Of a stretch of 64,000 nt of DNA, positions 50,096 to 63,604 are shown piece after piece. How positions within the stretch are numbered: the stretch's first letter is position 1; each line of letters starts with the position of its first letter. The DNA is taken from positions 310,001 through 374,000 of the forward strand of contig NC_043020.1 in the NCBI RefSeq assembly GCF_006345805.1, in the 5' to 3' direction. Source of the stretch: Octopus sinensis. Its lineage: Eukaryota. The translations under genes were made by a program, and so were the position numbers. The notes under the pieces were generated by a model. It saw nothing but the letters and a program-made list of their open reading frames with translations, did not search any database and was not told the DNA's origin.

Positions 50096-51707
50096 TATTC
50101 AGTAATATTTTTTTGCTAGTCTATTTTGTCCCTCTGTCTTATCTCATGGTGCGATATGAACTTTTAAGGTGGTCTTTAGAGTCAGGGATTTTACTGCTAT
50201 TTCGGCATGGTGGTGTCTCTCAGACACCCTTATTTTTAGTATATATATATTTGACTTGGTAATAATAATATTTTATGTTAGTGTGAATGACCAATAAAAC
50301 AGGCTACTAAGCAATCCACCAAGAGGCTGTCGGTTGATATCCTGTATTTTCCTGTATGTCGATAACTGTTTCTCATTTGCTCTAATTAGATATCATGGTT
50401 TATATACATTAAAGTGGGTACCATGGTTGGAACAAGTCATTATAGCAAACAGCACCTTATAAAGTATTATAATAGGCTAATATATTGTAGTGTGTGTGTG
50501 TGTGTGTTGGAGGAAGATTTCTCATCTGTTTAATAGCTTGAAATCCATAGGTACCATTAACTCTGTGGATCATTGTAATTCTCAGGAAATGCTTTGACAT
50601 TTTCTTTGCTAAGAAAGTTTTTCGATTTTTTCATGATTAAATGGCTTTAAGTTATCTTCAAACTAAATCAGTAATCTTGTTTTCATTACCAATAGAAATG
50701 GTTTGCTCTGTGCTATTGGTACTCTATAGAAAAGCATCAGAATTGTTTTCCTCCTTTTCTTCATCTTCTTAAATCTCAGGCTTCATGCCTTCAGCGGTGC
50801 CAAGAACTCTTAACCATTCGGGTTATAGTCTTTGAGACAGTTGTAAGGAAATGTGATATCACTTGCCAAATTAATTTGGCTTACCACCTTTAGTATAGAC
50901 ATACAATTTGTAACAGTCATACAGTTGATTAATGTTTTTAATTGGTAAGTGTTTAATTATACTCAATTACCCAGAGTTTTAGATAAAAATTGATTAACTA
51001 AAAGCAGCTTTCCTTTTAATAAGATTTAGAGTTAATTCTATATACTCTTATATATTTTTGGTGAGACTTATTTCCTCTTTAACTTTTTATTGTGAAATAG
51101 ATGTGAATTCAGCAACATATATATATACACTTTCATTCTGATTAAAATGAAGATGTACAAAATCCTTTTATATATTTATAATAAATATACATTTTTAATT
51201 TTTAATTTTCAATTAGCTTTTTTTTTTTTTTTATTCTCTGTATTTACCAATATATAAATGGGTTAAATGGGTATCATAATGACACAATATGTGTTTTTTT
51301 TTTTTTTATCACACCATGCAGTCTTGAATTGAAGTTAAAATATTCATATTGATATGTTGCATGACTTTAAGGTTAATAAGATGCAGGAACATGGTAGAAT
51401 ATTAACATTTCATGTTATCCCACAGCTTAAATGAACAAATTGCATTCTGTTTCATATTTTCATATTTGTGATTCATTATAAAATGACACAACGTTTTCTT
51501 TTTTTTCTTTCTTTTTCTTTTCTTTTCTTTCTTTCTTTTTTTTTGTTGTTGTTAATATTGATATTGTGCAATAAAACGAAATAAACAATTTTTATTTTTG
51601 TTTTTGTATTTTGAAAAGATTAATAATCTAACCTATAATATATTAGAGTTCTTTTACGGCTTTCTTTGAGTGAAGAATCAGTAGAGTGACAAACCACATA
51701 CCTTACT

Positions 51708-51743
<36 letters not shown>

Positions 51744-51876
51744 CTATTTCCCTTCACATTGTGAGTTCAAATTTTACCAATTTCTATTTCACCATTCTAT
51801 CCTCTTGGGAATGATAGAATAAGTATCAGTAAAGTATTGCAATTCATTCCAAATGTGTGACCTTGAAATCTGACAA

Positions 51877-51887
51877 ATCATCATCAT

Positions 51888-51919
<32 letters not shown>

Positions 51920-51990
51920 CCATCACCATCATCATCATCATCATCATCACCATTACTATCATCATCTTCATCATCATCATCATCAGCATC
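51877..51990. repeat. (CAT/CAC)n microsatellite
   Basis: Seen directly; source of the poly-Met pseudo-ORF. Confidence 0.95.
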
Positions 51991-52248
51991 TTTGCCTTTT
52001 ATCCTTCCTAGTTTGATAAAATAAAGTACCTGTCTAGTACTGAAGGTTTATGTGAATGACTAACTCCTGCATCCATCCACTTACACACACACACACAAAT
52101 TTCGTGTTTGAAATGGTGGAAAAGCTGGCAGAATCATTAGCATGCTGGTCAAAATGCTTAGTGACATTTCATCCGTTGTGACATTCTGAGTTCAAATTCC
52201 ACCAAAGTCGACTTTGTCTTTTATCTTTTCAGGGTCAATAGAATAAGT

Positions 52249-52468
52249 TATTTCTTTACTACCCACAAGGAGCTAAACACAGAGAGGACAAACAAGGACA
52301 GACAAACGGATTAAGTCGATTATATCGACCCCAGTGTGTAACTGGTATTTAATTTATCGACCCTGAAAGGATGAAAGGCAAAGTCGACCTCGGCAGAATT
52401 TGAACTCAGGACGTAATACCAGACGAAATATGGCTACGCATTTCGCCCGGCGTGCTAACGTTTCTGCC
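52249..52468 (-). mobile_element. Family-B SINE inserted antisense into a family-B SINE, TSD ataagt
   Basis: ataagt at 52243-52248 and 52469-52474; host spans 52120-52550, followed by further older B copies to ~52960. Confidence 0.9.
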
Positions 52469-53604
52469 ATAAGTACCATCTGAGTTCTGGGGTCAATGTA
52501 ATCGACTATCTCCATCCCTTAAAATTTCAGGCCTTCTGCTTATAGTAGAAAGGATTATTACATCCCCTCCTAAGGTGGAAAACTGGCAGAACCATTAGCT
52601 TGATGGACAAAATGCTTAGCGGATTTCGTCCATCTTTATGTTCTGAGTTCAATTTTCACTGAGATTGACTTTGTCTTTCATCCCTTCTAGGGTTGATAAA
52701 ATAAGTACCAGTGAAACACTGGGGGTCATTGTAATCGACTTAGTCCCCTCTCCAAAATTTCAGACCTTGTGCTTTAGAAAGGATTATTATTATTATGATC
52801 ATCATCACCATGTCTCGGGATTGGTTTAAGCATTGGCTTGATATAATCCACTATCTCTCTGTCCCAAGATTTCAAACCCTTTGCCCTTAGTAGAAAGAAT
52901 TATTATCATTTCAATGGTAGTAGTGAGCAGAATCATTAAATGCTTTGCTGCCTTCAAATTGAACCGAAATTGGTTTTGTTCATCACCTTTAAGTGACTTG
53001 TTAAAATAAGTACCAATCACGTACCGAGGCTGATCTACTTGATTAAACTCCATCCCAACACCTAAATGTATGGTTATATATCTCTGTCAGAAATGATCAC
53101 GACCACCATCGTCATCATCATCATCGTCATCATTGTTTCAGGTTAGTGTTTAATACAATGATTGCTAGGATAATGAATTCAACAGAAGTTTATTATTATA
53201 TTATATTGTATTTATAACCTTACCAACCAATTCGGTCATAAATTCTATCAGTGCTTCGGTGAAATACCGTAATCTGGCAGATTGCATGATACCACAGACT
53301 AACAACTCAACTTCTGCTAAAATCTGTCTGAATTATCCTAAATGACTTCATCTAATTACTCGTTATGTTTAAGTCAGTACTGTTTCTTTAATTAACCCCT
53401 TAAAAAAAAAAGCCAAACCTTTGTCCTGGTCTGTTCTTTTCTTTTCTTTTTTTTTTTGTAATATATTCTTGCATTTGCATATAGAGAAAAGATTGGATGG
53501 GAAGTTTATATTAATTGTCATAATGGCTTCTCAAGTGGATGCCATTCTTAATACAAAATTCAACTTGGGTTAACCTAAGAAAGTAGAATAATGATACTGG
53601 TTAT

Positions 53605-53641
<37 letters not shown>

Positions 53642-53945
53642 TAGTCATAGACTGTTCAATGAAATACCTTTATGCTCAGAGTTATCTAATTCATGCAACA
53701 TAGTCTTCTACTTTTCTTTACTTGTTTTAGTCATTGGACTACAGCCATGCTGTGGCACTGCCTTGAACAGTTTAGTTGATCAAATCACCCCTAGTACTTG
53801 GTTTCTTTTTTTTTTCTTTTTTTTTTTTAAGCTCCAGCATGGCTGCAGTCACATGATTGAAACAAGTAAAAGAATGGTGTTTATTCTAACAACCTTTATT
53901 CTGCTAAACCACTAACACTGGTTGTCAAGTGATGTCACATAAAGA

Positions 53946-54088
53946 GGTCGACTTTGCCTTTCATCCTTTCGGAGTCGATAAATTAAGTACCAGTTACGCA
54001 CTGGGGTCGATGTAATCGACTTAATCCATTTGTCTGTCCTTGTTTGTCCCCTCTGTGTGTAGCCCCCTGTGGGCAATAGAGAAATAAA
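53946..54088 (+). mobile_element. 5'-truncated family-B SINE
   Basis: gaggtcgactttgcc...gggcaatagagaaataaag, with ataaaga flanks. Confidence 0.88.
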
Positions 54089-54289
54089 GATACAGACACC
54101 GACAAGTATGTGTATGTATAAGCACATGCAATCACACATGCACTCAAAGGGTTTCTGCACAGTTTCTAACTACAAAATTCACTTTCAAGGTATTTGTCTT
54201 GGCCCAATAATGTATCAGAGAAGATACTTGCCCAAAGTGCAGTGTAGGGGGATGAACACCAAACCATGAGTTTTCCAAGTAGATTTGCC

Positions 54290-54520
54290 TGTCATCGTCA
54301 TCATCATTTAATGTCCATTTTTCCATGTTGGCATGAGTTGGACGGTTTGACTGGGGTCTGGCAAGCCAGAAGGCTGCACCAGGCTCCATTCTGATCTGGC
54401 AATCATTCTACAGTTAGATGCCCTTCCTAACACCAACCACTCTGAGAATGTAGTGGGTGCTTTTTACGTGCCACTGGCATAGGACCCAGTTGGGGCCAGG
54501 GGACTGGCATCGACCATAAA
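54290..54520 (-). mobile_element. Family-C retroposon
   Basis: catcgtcatcatcatttaatgtcc...gggtgctttttacgtgccactggc. Confidence 0.87.
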
Positions 54521-55305
54521 CGTCCTGTAAGAGTAATTGGCGCGAAAATTAAACCGTAGACTTAGTATTTGAATCCTGTTAATGTTGATATTATCTTTCA
54601 TTGGACCGGTAAAATACTTAAATTTTTATTGACCCTAACCTTCGTTTGGAAGTTTCTTCCTACCGACTTAAGATAAGTATTAAAAGTAGCCAAACGGAAA
54701 AGAGCTGGCATGGGAACCAGTCAGGCGGCACTGGCATCAACCACATTTGCATGGTGCTTTTTACGTGCCACCAGCACAGGAACCAGTCATCGAATTCAAA
54801 AGGATGAAAGGCTAAGTCAACCTGTTTGGAATTTGAAATCTGGACATAAAGGCCATTAAACATTTTGTCCAATATGGTAATAATACCAGCTCACTGCCAT
54901 AATAATAATAATAATAATAATAATGAGGAGGAGGAGGAGGAGGATAAAACAGTAAACAATGAAAAATACAAACATACTCAAGATCTATTATTGCTTAATT
55001 AAGAGCATTATTTTTCAGACTAATAACCTCATTTTTGGAAATGAGAATATTTTTGATATTTACATCTGCAGTATGTTTCCATTAGCAGCGATCTTCCAAT
55101 ATCAGGTGTTGTATTCTTTAAATGTCAGCATAGTGTCAGAACGGATTTGATCTTAGAAGCCTCTAGTTCTAAGCTAAAAGTAACAGAGCTCTTATCTACT
55201 AGATCACTGATACATGTAATTATAATCTTATTAAAAATTAATATAGTTTCAAAAACCAATGTTATTATTTCGTGACTAATACAGATTTTTTTTCTCTATT
55301 TGCAG

Positions 55306-55329
55306 GTTAGTACTGTTACTTCTATTCTG
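55306..55329 (+). CDS. Candidate 24-nt symmetric microexon (VSTVTSIL or xLVLLLLFx)
   Basis: Branch-like gactaat (55274-55280), tract ttttttttctctatttgcag, 24-nt exon, donor CTG|gtaggt. Host gene unknown. Confidence 0.42.
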
Positions 55330-57904
55330 GTAGGTTGCTTTATTTTTCTCTATTTATTCTATTTTTCTTTATGAAAGATGCAGGCATGGCTGTGTGGTTA
55401 AGGAGTTTGCTTTACCAACCACATGGTTCTGGGTTCAGTCCCACTGTGTGTCACCTTGGGCAAGAGTTTTCTACTAAAACCCCAGGTCAATTAAAGCCGT
55501 GTGGGTGAATTTGGTTGACAGAAACTGAAAGAAACTCATCCTCTGTGTGTGTGCTTGTATGTACCCTTGTCTATACATCATGCAATGATTATAAGAGAGC
55601 ATTATCGTGATACAACTGAGATTGTTTGCTTCCTGTCTTCTTTGAATAACACATCGAGCCGTTGGGAAATATTACCTTGCTTGGAAGCAGCGAGGGTTGG
55701 CAACAGGAAGGGCATTGAACTGTAGAAAATTTACCTCTGTAAATTCCATCTGACCAAAGCAAGCATGGAAAAAATAAATGTTAAATAATGATTTAATGTC
55801 CATTTTTTTTTTCTATGCTTGCATGGTGATGGTTGTGGATGATTTTCAAGAACAAAATGCCAATGAAAATCTAGCAGGATTTGAACCCATGACATTACAA
55901 CCATGCTTTTCCTGGCCCAGTGTCACTGTGAAAATTTGGGCAAGTGTCCTCTGCCTTAGCCTCGCGGTGGTCAATGCTGTGTGAGTGAAATCTGTTAAAG
56001 CTCTTCAGAAGCCTCTACAGTATGCATGTATGTGTGTGTGTCTGTATGTGTGTGCATGCGTGTGTGTGAAATTGGTATACCAAACAGAATTACTTTGTAT
56101 TCCATGTGTTCCACAGATGCTCTCTCACTGTTAGCTTGTTTGAAACTTATAACAACTAAATATTGTTTTTAAAAATGCCAGATATTAACAGAAAATTAAG
56201 TCAGTAAGTAACTGCTGACACAGGATGACGATTATTATCAAACACACATTTAGTCCAGATTATTAGACAAGTCTTTCACCTTATTTACACAGCTGCTTGT
56301 ATCTATTTTGACGTTATATTTATTGCTGTTGCTTCTGAAAGCTGCCCGATTTCCATTATTCACTTTTCTTCCATCATCTGAAGTCAATCACTCATTGATT
56401 GATGTATATTGCTAATAACAAACAGTCGAGCACTGACACTTAATGTTCGATTATATTTCCCATTGACCCAAAAACAAAAATAGTAATTATTAAACTTAGC
56501 ACAAATTTCAACAATTAATCCTTTTCGTAGGAATTTGATCTGTGAGAAATGCTACATTATCTCATTGTCGATTGTTCTTGTGCGCTTAAGAAGATGGTTA
56601 ATATACCATTTTTAATCAGCTTCTTATTGGCAGTAAATGTTAACCATATTGTTGAACAGTTACATAAAATGCATCAAGCTGATATAGTGTGGGTCTTTCT
56701 TTTCTATAGATTTATTTCCTAAGGCTGAATAATAAATGGCAGTATCAGTATATCTTAATGTCACTCTTATTAATATTTACAAACTGAACGTTGCCCTTTT
56801 GTGTTCTATTTCAACTTTGGAGTTCTTGGCCTGAAGCAGAAAACTGTGTTCTCTTGTAGAACAATATACTCCAGAGTGCTTCGCTGTACTTTTGTTTCAA
56901 TAACTTGACTTTAGAACATTTGTACTTTTAGAGTCTTGGGAAACAATATGAAATGGTCTTTTCTCTTTCTTTGTTTCCTATTCTCCCACACACACACACG
57001 CACTCACGTATGCACACATACACGTATGCACACTTCTTTCTTTTCATCAGATATGTTGTGCATCTATCACTGCCATGATCCGGTCTCCAGTCTCCGAACA
57101 CCTCTTCGCTTCCTCTCCTCGTATCTTGCTTTAATAACGACAACTTGATAAACTACAGCACTTCATATTTAATATTTTTCTCAATGATATTGACTGTTTC
57201 TCAGATGCCATTGTTAAGAAATAAACACACAGAAAGAACTGTGACATAGATGTAAGCATACAAATGCAAAGAGACACTTCCCACACTAACACATGTACAT
57301 ACACATTTTTTTATATACATTGTATTATATTATGTAAAAGAAATGAGGAAAAAAAGGAGAGTAATTCTTTTATATATACATACATGTATGTATGTATGTG
57401 TGTATGTATGTATATGCCAATAAAAAGCAGACACCATTCAATAACTTGTTTAAAAATAAAGTAATGTATTGCTTGCTATACTTGAGAAAGAAGTAATGTA
57501 CAATCTAATATTTAGGAAATGAGAAATATATAGCCTGGTGTGTTTACGAGACATAATATACACAGAGACACATGTTGAAGAAATGAAATATATAGTCAGA
57601 AATATTAACAATAGGAGGAAAGAGACAAAAAAAATCTATACAAGCGAGCATGTTTAGGAAAGAGGTAACATATAGCCTAACATGTTAAGAAAAGGTGAAA
57701 TGTAGTGGTTGATTGTTTGGGACAAGAGTAATTATGTAACCTGCTGTGTTTAGAGAAGATGAAATGGTTTCATTAATATATGTTGGAAAGAAAAAACAAA
57801 TAATCTTGCTTAAGAAATATCTTTAAAATTTTGCATCAGCATTTTAACGTAATACGTATGCCAAAGGGTATTTGGTGTTTGTAATACACAGAGCATATTT
57901 GTAA

Positions 57905-58155
57905 TACACAGAGTGGCTATTCGAGTATGATCGTTACCAGTGTCGCCTTACTGGCACTTGTGCCTATGCTAGTAGGGTGCCAAGAACACCATCCGAGCAT
58001 GATCGTTGCCAGAGTAGCCAATTGGCTTCTGTACCCGTGGCATGTAAAAGGGCACCATTCGAGCCTGAACGTTACCAACGTCACTTCACTGGCATCTGTG
58101 TCGGTGGAACGTGTAAAAAGATTCGAGCGAGGTCATTGCCAGTACCGCCAGTAAT
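57905..58155 (+). repeat. Diverged family-C 5' unit array (~65-bp units)
   Basis: Recurrent tcgag/ccgag-catgatcgttgccag...ctggc...gtggcatgtaaaag motifs. Confidence 0.7.
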
Positions 58156-58372
58156 CTAGGTGTGCAATAATTCTGTAGTAAGCCAAAGAGAGGTGCCTTT
58201 AGATGGTTGCTTGGTTAGCTAGAAATAACCGCTAAGTCTCCCTCAGATTAAACCTTATTTCAGTGGTTCTCAATCTTTTTGACTTTATGGTCCACTGGAG
58301 ATCAAATGAAAAGAATCACTAAATGAAATTAAATGAGAAAAAGTTGATATGCTCAACAAAAAGCTGTTTTAA

Positions 58373-59083
58373 CCCTTTAGCGTTTACAGACGCCATATCA
58401 GGCCCAAACATTCTACCTGTTTTCTGTTCGAGCTGTCCATATGTAGCCTCTCACATCTACTTTGCAAAATTGTTTTCAAAATAAACAATCATCATCAAAA
58501 TCATCATTCATCGTTTAGCGTCTGTTGTCCATGCTGGCATGGGTTGGACAGTTTGACATATATATATGGGGTAGAAAGGGCTCCTTAGCCGTAGTGAAGG
58601 CAATCTGTCTAGGGAGATAACCTTACAATAAATCACTGGGTCCGTAGCTTAGAAATACTGGGTTGACGTCCAGCGGGAACAGCTTTGTTTCATGGAGGAG
58701 GAAAGATCTTCTTTAGTACTTGGTTGTACAATGCTTTCCAATGTGGGTAGTAGTGGCGTGCGCACACATTATTAGCCATTTGAAAAGACTATGGAAGTCT
58801 CGACCACGGTCGAACAATGATGATGATGAGGCTGGCACGTTGGAAGGCTGCACCACACTCAAGTCTGATTTTGCATGGTTTTCTATGGCTGGATGCCCTT
58901 GCTGATGCCAGCTCCTCTGAGAATATAATGGGTGCTTTCATGTGTTGCCAGTACAGGTGCCATTCGTGTGACACTGGGGTGCGTTTACATTCCACCGGCA
59001 CAGGTGAAGATAATACATAATCATTTCAAAGAAATGTGACTCAATAAGCATTACCTTTGACAGAGTAATTAAATGTTAAAGGG
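58373..59083. mobile_element. piggyBac-like MITE D2 with nested retroposons
   Basis: TTAA-CCCTTTAGC ... GTTAAAGGG-TTAA. Confidence 0.8.
58560..58829 (+). mobile_element. Short RTE-related non-autonomous retroposon with a (GAT)n tail
   Basis: 5' gaaggcaatctgtctagggaga resembles RTE 5' UTR motifs, 3' is cgaacaatgatgatgatg, and it splits a minus-strand family-C copy. Confidence 0.5.
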
Positions 59084-60579
59084 TTAACATTTAAAATTGA
59101 GAGGAGGGGAAGAAAGTTATTTCTTACTTTGCTTTTTCAATCATAACTGAATCCTAAATAGGATATTCTCAAGATGCTGAAACATTAAATTATATTTTTA
59201 AATATTTACAGTACACCTTTTGGTGCAGAGTTTGGGAACCACTGCTATCGTCTCCCTAAGAAAAAAAAAAAAAAAGGAGACCAATATATTTGGGGCAATA
59301 TTGTCTTTGGATACATTAGTAGTAAGAAACTCTTAAGAGAGCCGAAGAGTAGGTCTTCGGAGAGGAAATCCATGCCAAGGCAGTTTTTCGGCCCTTCTTA
59401 CACTCTCAGGGGATCAAGCTGCATCTGGGTCATGACTCCTGAGTGTCGTTTTTCTGACACTATACTTCAAAGATAGATTGGTCATGACTTATGTGACTCA
59501 TAGCTTTGATTTATTGGGGCTGAAATGGGACCCAATATAAGCAATAACTAATTGTTCAAGGTTTTTTTCTATATATCTTCTGATACATTTTTACATTATT
59601 TCTGTCAAGGAAGACCAAGTCTTATCTCATCCCTAAACCCTATAAAAGAACTTATCCATTTTTATATCCATAGACACTAACTTCAATATATGATGTTTGG
59701 CTACAAAATCATAGCCTTCGGTTAGTCAGTTGTTAATTCAGTTGAAATTTCTATTGTTTTAGTGTTTTGTTTTAGTTACTTTGGTAAAGTTTGGCATTTC
59801 GATTACAGTCCTCACATAAAGCACTAAATACTACCTATATGAGATTGCTAGGTAGCAGATAATAGATTCCAGATAAAACATAATTTTCCATGTGTTTCAT
59901 ATGAAGCAAATCTATTTTTGATTAAACTAAACTGTTGCTTTCTCTTTTATGGCGTTAATATCAGACAGTCATAAAATTTTTATTGTATCATACATATATC
60001 CTTTTGTATTGAAATGACTTTCAACTTTTGTTAACTTGCTTTACTAAAATAATCTTATTGTACCTTCAAAAAGTCAGAAACAATATAGCTTTTAAGATAA
60101 AGATTTTTTATTTACATTTGTGTTCTCTCTATCTCTCTCTTGCTTCTTGTTCTTATGAAATTAGCTGCATGTAGGTGGAATAGTACAAAGAGTTTTTCAT
60201 TTACTCCATGTAGGCCATGTGTAAAAATATGTTTGTAAGGCATATTTGTGTGGTTAAGGAGTTTATTTCGCAAAGATGAGCTTCTGGATTGATACCACTA
60301 TACCCTCGGGATTATCAATACTTCATCAGTGGTAGCTGGCATTTAGAAGGGCATCAAGCTGTAGAAACCATGCCAAAACTGACTTCACTTGTGTTGGTGC
60401 CACGTAAAAAGCATTCACTTCATTCTGCAGGGTGGTTGGTATTAGGATGGACATCCAGCTGTAAAAACCATGTCAAAACACATAGAAGCCTGGTGTAGTT
60501 TTCTACTTGACTAGCTCCTGTTAAACCATCCAATCCATGCCAGCGCAGAAGGTGGACATTAAACAATGGTTATTTATAC

Positions 60580-60618
<39 letters not shown>

Positions 60619-62318
60619 TGCATAAACTACTGAGAGAGGTGTCAAAATTGTTATGATATTTGGTTGACAGCTGAAGAGGGGTTGCGCTTGTCTGCATCAA
60701 TTGTTGATGTTTTTTTTTTACTTGTTTTTCCTGTTCCTTTGCCATTCCATGTGCCACATTTGTATTATATATATTTACGTTTGTATAAGCCAAAACTCTT
60801 GTTGTCGCTTGAAAGAATGACATGGTAACATGTACCATGCTTTCACCAATTGCTTTTGATGCCTGTGTAAATTACAAGAAATAGACACCTTCTCAGTCTT
60901 TTACTCACTTGACATAGTAGAACATGCAGGATGTGCCATTTGGAGGTAAAGAAGGCTGAAGATTTTGTCTAGGCCCCAGATCAGCCCTGCTTGATCAAAC
61001 GTGTGATGAAATGCATTCTAGACATGATTATGCTATCTTTTTACATATTTAAGGCCTACTTTCTCCAATATATTTATTTATTTAAAATAGTAGGATATGG
61101 TTTATGAGAGACTTAGCTGCTGTTTTTACTAAGTCAGATAACCATGTAGGAGCCCCCTTGTTAAACACTCAGTCCACCTGACATGCATTAAGATCACGTT
61201 ACATGAAGTGAAAAAGATATGTGGGGTTAGTATTGTTAGGTGTCTTTCATCTGCCTGAAAACCATTGTTTTTCGGTATCTCTCTCATCCTGTGACTCTCA
61301 CACTTTCTGTTTCATACCTTCAGGAAAGAGGTTACTGTAAGATGTATTGTCAGATATGAATTACTTATGAGGTGTATGGTAAGTGGGGTTGGTAGTGAGA
61401 GGGAGAGCTGAGAATAGATGTGATTGAGAGAGCGATAGAGAGAGAGAGAGAGTGTGGATGCCGCTAGTGTTTTGGCTGCATCTATAGACATACTTACGAA
61501 GGATATAAGGATAACAGTTCTAATATTTTCTGTTCCACTGTTGATTCTATTGTATTTACGCATCTCACCTTCCCCCGATATTTGATTTGTGACCTTCAGC
61601 TAAAGTTAGAAATCAATAATTATCAGATCTATGAAAGATCAATGAGTCGGTAAAAAGAGCGATGCACTGTTTGGGTTGCTGGCCTGAACTCTTCTTTCAA
61701 TGAAATCCATAACTTTGACATCAAGAGGAGGAAAATATTGACCACTACGATACTATCCATTTCAATAATGATCTCAAAATAAAAAGAGAGAGAAATAGAG
61801 TCTCTTCTAGATTGTCTTTCATATTTTTGCTGACATTTTTCTGAATGGCACAAGAACAGATTAGTACATTATACATATGTATTGGTCTTGTTAGCAGCTG
61901 TTTTCTATCCTATATCGGGTGCTTGTGGGGATTTCGATGTGTACATTTGTATTATTGGAACAAATGTTTTTACAGCTGCCTCTTGTTGTTGCTAGCTTAA
62001 AGTAGGAGCAGAGTTATTATGTTTTACTTTACCAAACAGAGTCATTGTGGCATCCCCGTCTATGTGGTCACTTGACATGCTGGAAACAGCAGTTAAATCT
62101 TTCTCGAATTACACCATGCCCCACCATCCTAATAAAAATAATGGAGAAGGACACATTAGGTAATGTAATCTTGGATAAAAGGGTAGACTTGTCAAGGCTG
62201 CAATGTCCTTGAAATAGCTTTGCCGAACCATGGTCCCAGGAAGTATGTCTCTTAACTACACAACCAGTATACCACATTCTATCACCCCCTGCCATCATCA
62301 TTTTTCCATTTTGTCTTG

Positions 62319-62389
62319 GGTTGGTTGGTTGGCTGCCTGGTTGGTTGGATGGTTGGTTGGATGGTTGGTTGGATGGTTAGTTGGCTGGT

Positions 62390-62424
<35 letters not shown>

Positions 62425-63573
62425 TTGGCTGGTTGGCTGGTTGGCTGGCTGGTTGGTTGGTTGGTTGGTTGGTTGGTTGGCTGGTTGGCTGGCTGGTTGG
62501 TTGGTTGGTTGGCTGGTTGGCTGGCTGGCTGGCTGGCTGGTTGGTTGGTTGGTTGGTTGGTTGGTTGACTGGCTGGTTGGTTGGTTGGTTGGTTGGTTGG
62601 TTGGTTGGCTGGTTGGTTGGTTGGTTGGCTGGTTGGCTGGCTGGTTGGTTGGTTGGTTGGCTGGTTGGCTGGCTGGCTGGTTGGTTGGCTGGTTGGCTGG
62701 CTGGCTGGTTGGTTGGCTGGTTGGCTGGTTGGCTGGCTGGTTGGTTGGTTGGTTGGTTGGTTGGTTGACTGGCTGGTTGGCTGGCTGGTTGGCTGGTTGG
62801 TTGGTTGGTTGGTTGGTTGGTTGGTTGACTGGCTGGTTGGTTGGTTGGTTGGTTGGTTGGTTGGCTGGTTGGCTGGTTGGTTGGTTGGCTGGTTGGCTGG
62901 CTGGCTGGCTGGTTGGTTGGCTGGCTGGCTGGCTGGCTGGCTGGTTGGTTGGTTGGCTGGTTGGCTGGCTGGCTGGCTGGTTGGTTGGTTGACTGGCTGG
63001 CTGGCTGGCGGGTTGGCTGGTTGGTTGGTTGGTTGGTTGGCTGGTTGGCTGGCTGGCTGGCTGGTTGGTTGGTTGGTTGGTTGGTTGGTTGACTGGCTGG
63101 CTGGCTGGCTGGTTGGCTGGTTGGCTGGCTGGCTGGCTGTTTGGTTGGTTGGCTGGCTGGCTGGCTGGCTGGTTGGCTGGTTGGTTGGTTGGTTGGTTGG
63201 CTGGCTGGCTGGCTGGTTGGTTGGTTGGTTGGCTGGCTGGTTGGCTGGTTGGTTGGTTGGTTGGCTGGTTGGCTGGCTGGCTGGCTGGTTGGTTGGTTGG
63301 TTGGTTGGTTGGCTGGTTGGCTGGCTGGCTGGTTGGCTGGTTGGCTGGCTGGGTGGCTGGTTGGTTGGCTGGCTGGCTGGCTGGCTGGTTGGTTGGTTGG
63401 CTGGTTGGCTGGCTGGTTGGTTGGTTGGCTGGCTGGTTGGTTGGTTGGTTGGTTGACTGGCTGGCTGGTTGGTTGGCTGGCTGGCTGGCTGGTTGGTTGG
63501 TTGGTTGGCTGGCTGGTTGGCTGGTTGGTTGGTTGGTTGGTTGGCTGGCTGGCTGGCTGGTTGGTTGGTTGGT

Positions 63574-63604
<31 letters not shown>

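Larger units (their letters stand above)
49760..50250 (+). mobile_element. Two (TA)n-embedded Penelope-like terminal-repeat segments
   Basis: Blocks at 49760-49990 and 50010-50240, each bounded by (TA)n and each containing a hammerhead motif. Confidence 0.55.
58261..59244. mobile_element. hAT-like MITE containing nested elements
   Basis: TIRs CAGTGGTTCTCAA / TTGGGAACCACTG; 8-bp TSD not preserved. Confidence 0.7.
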
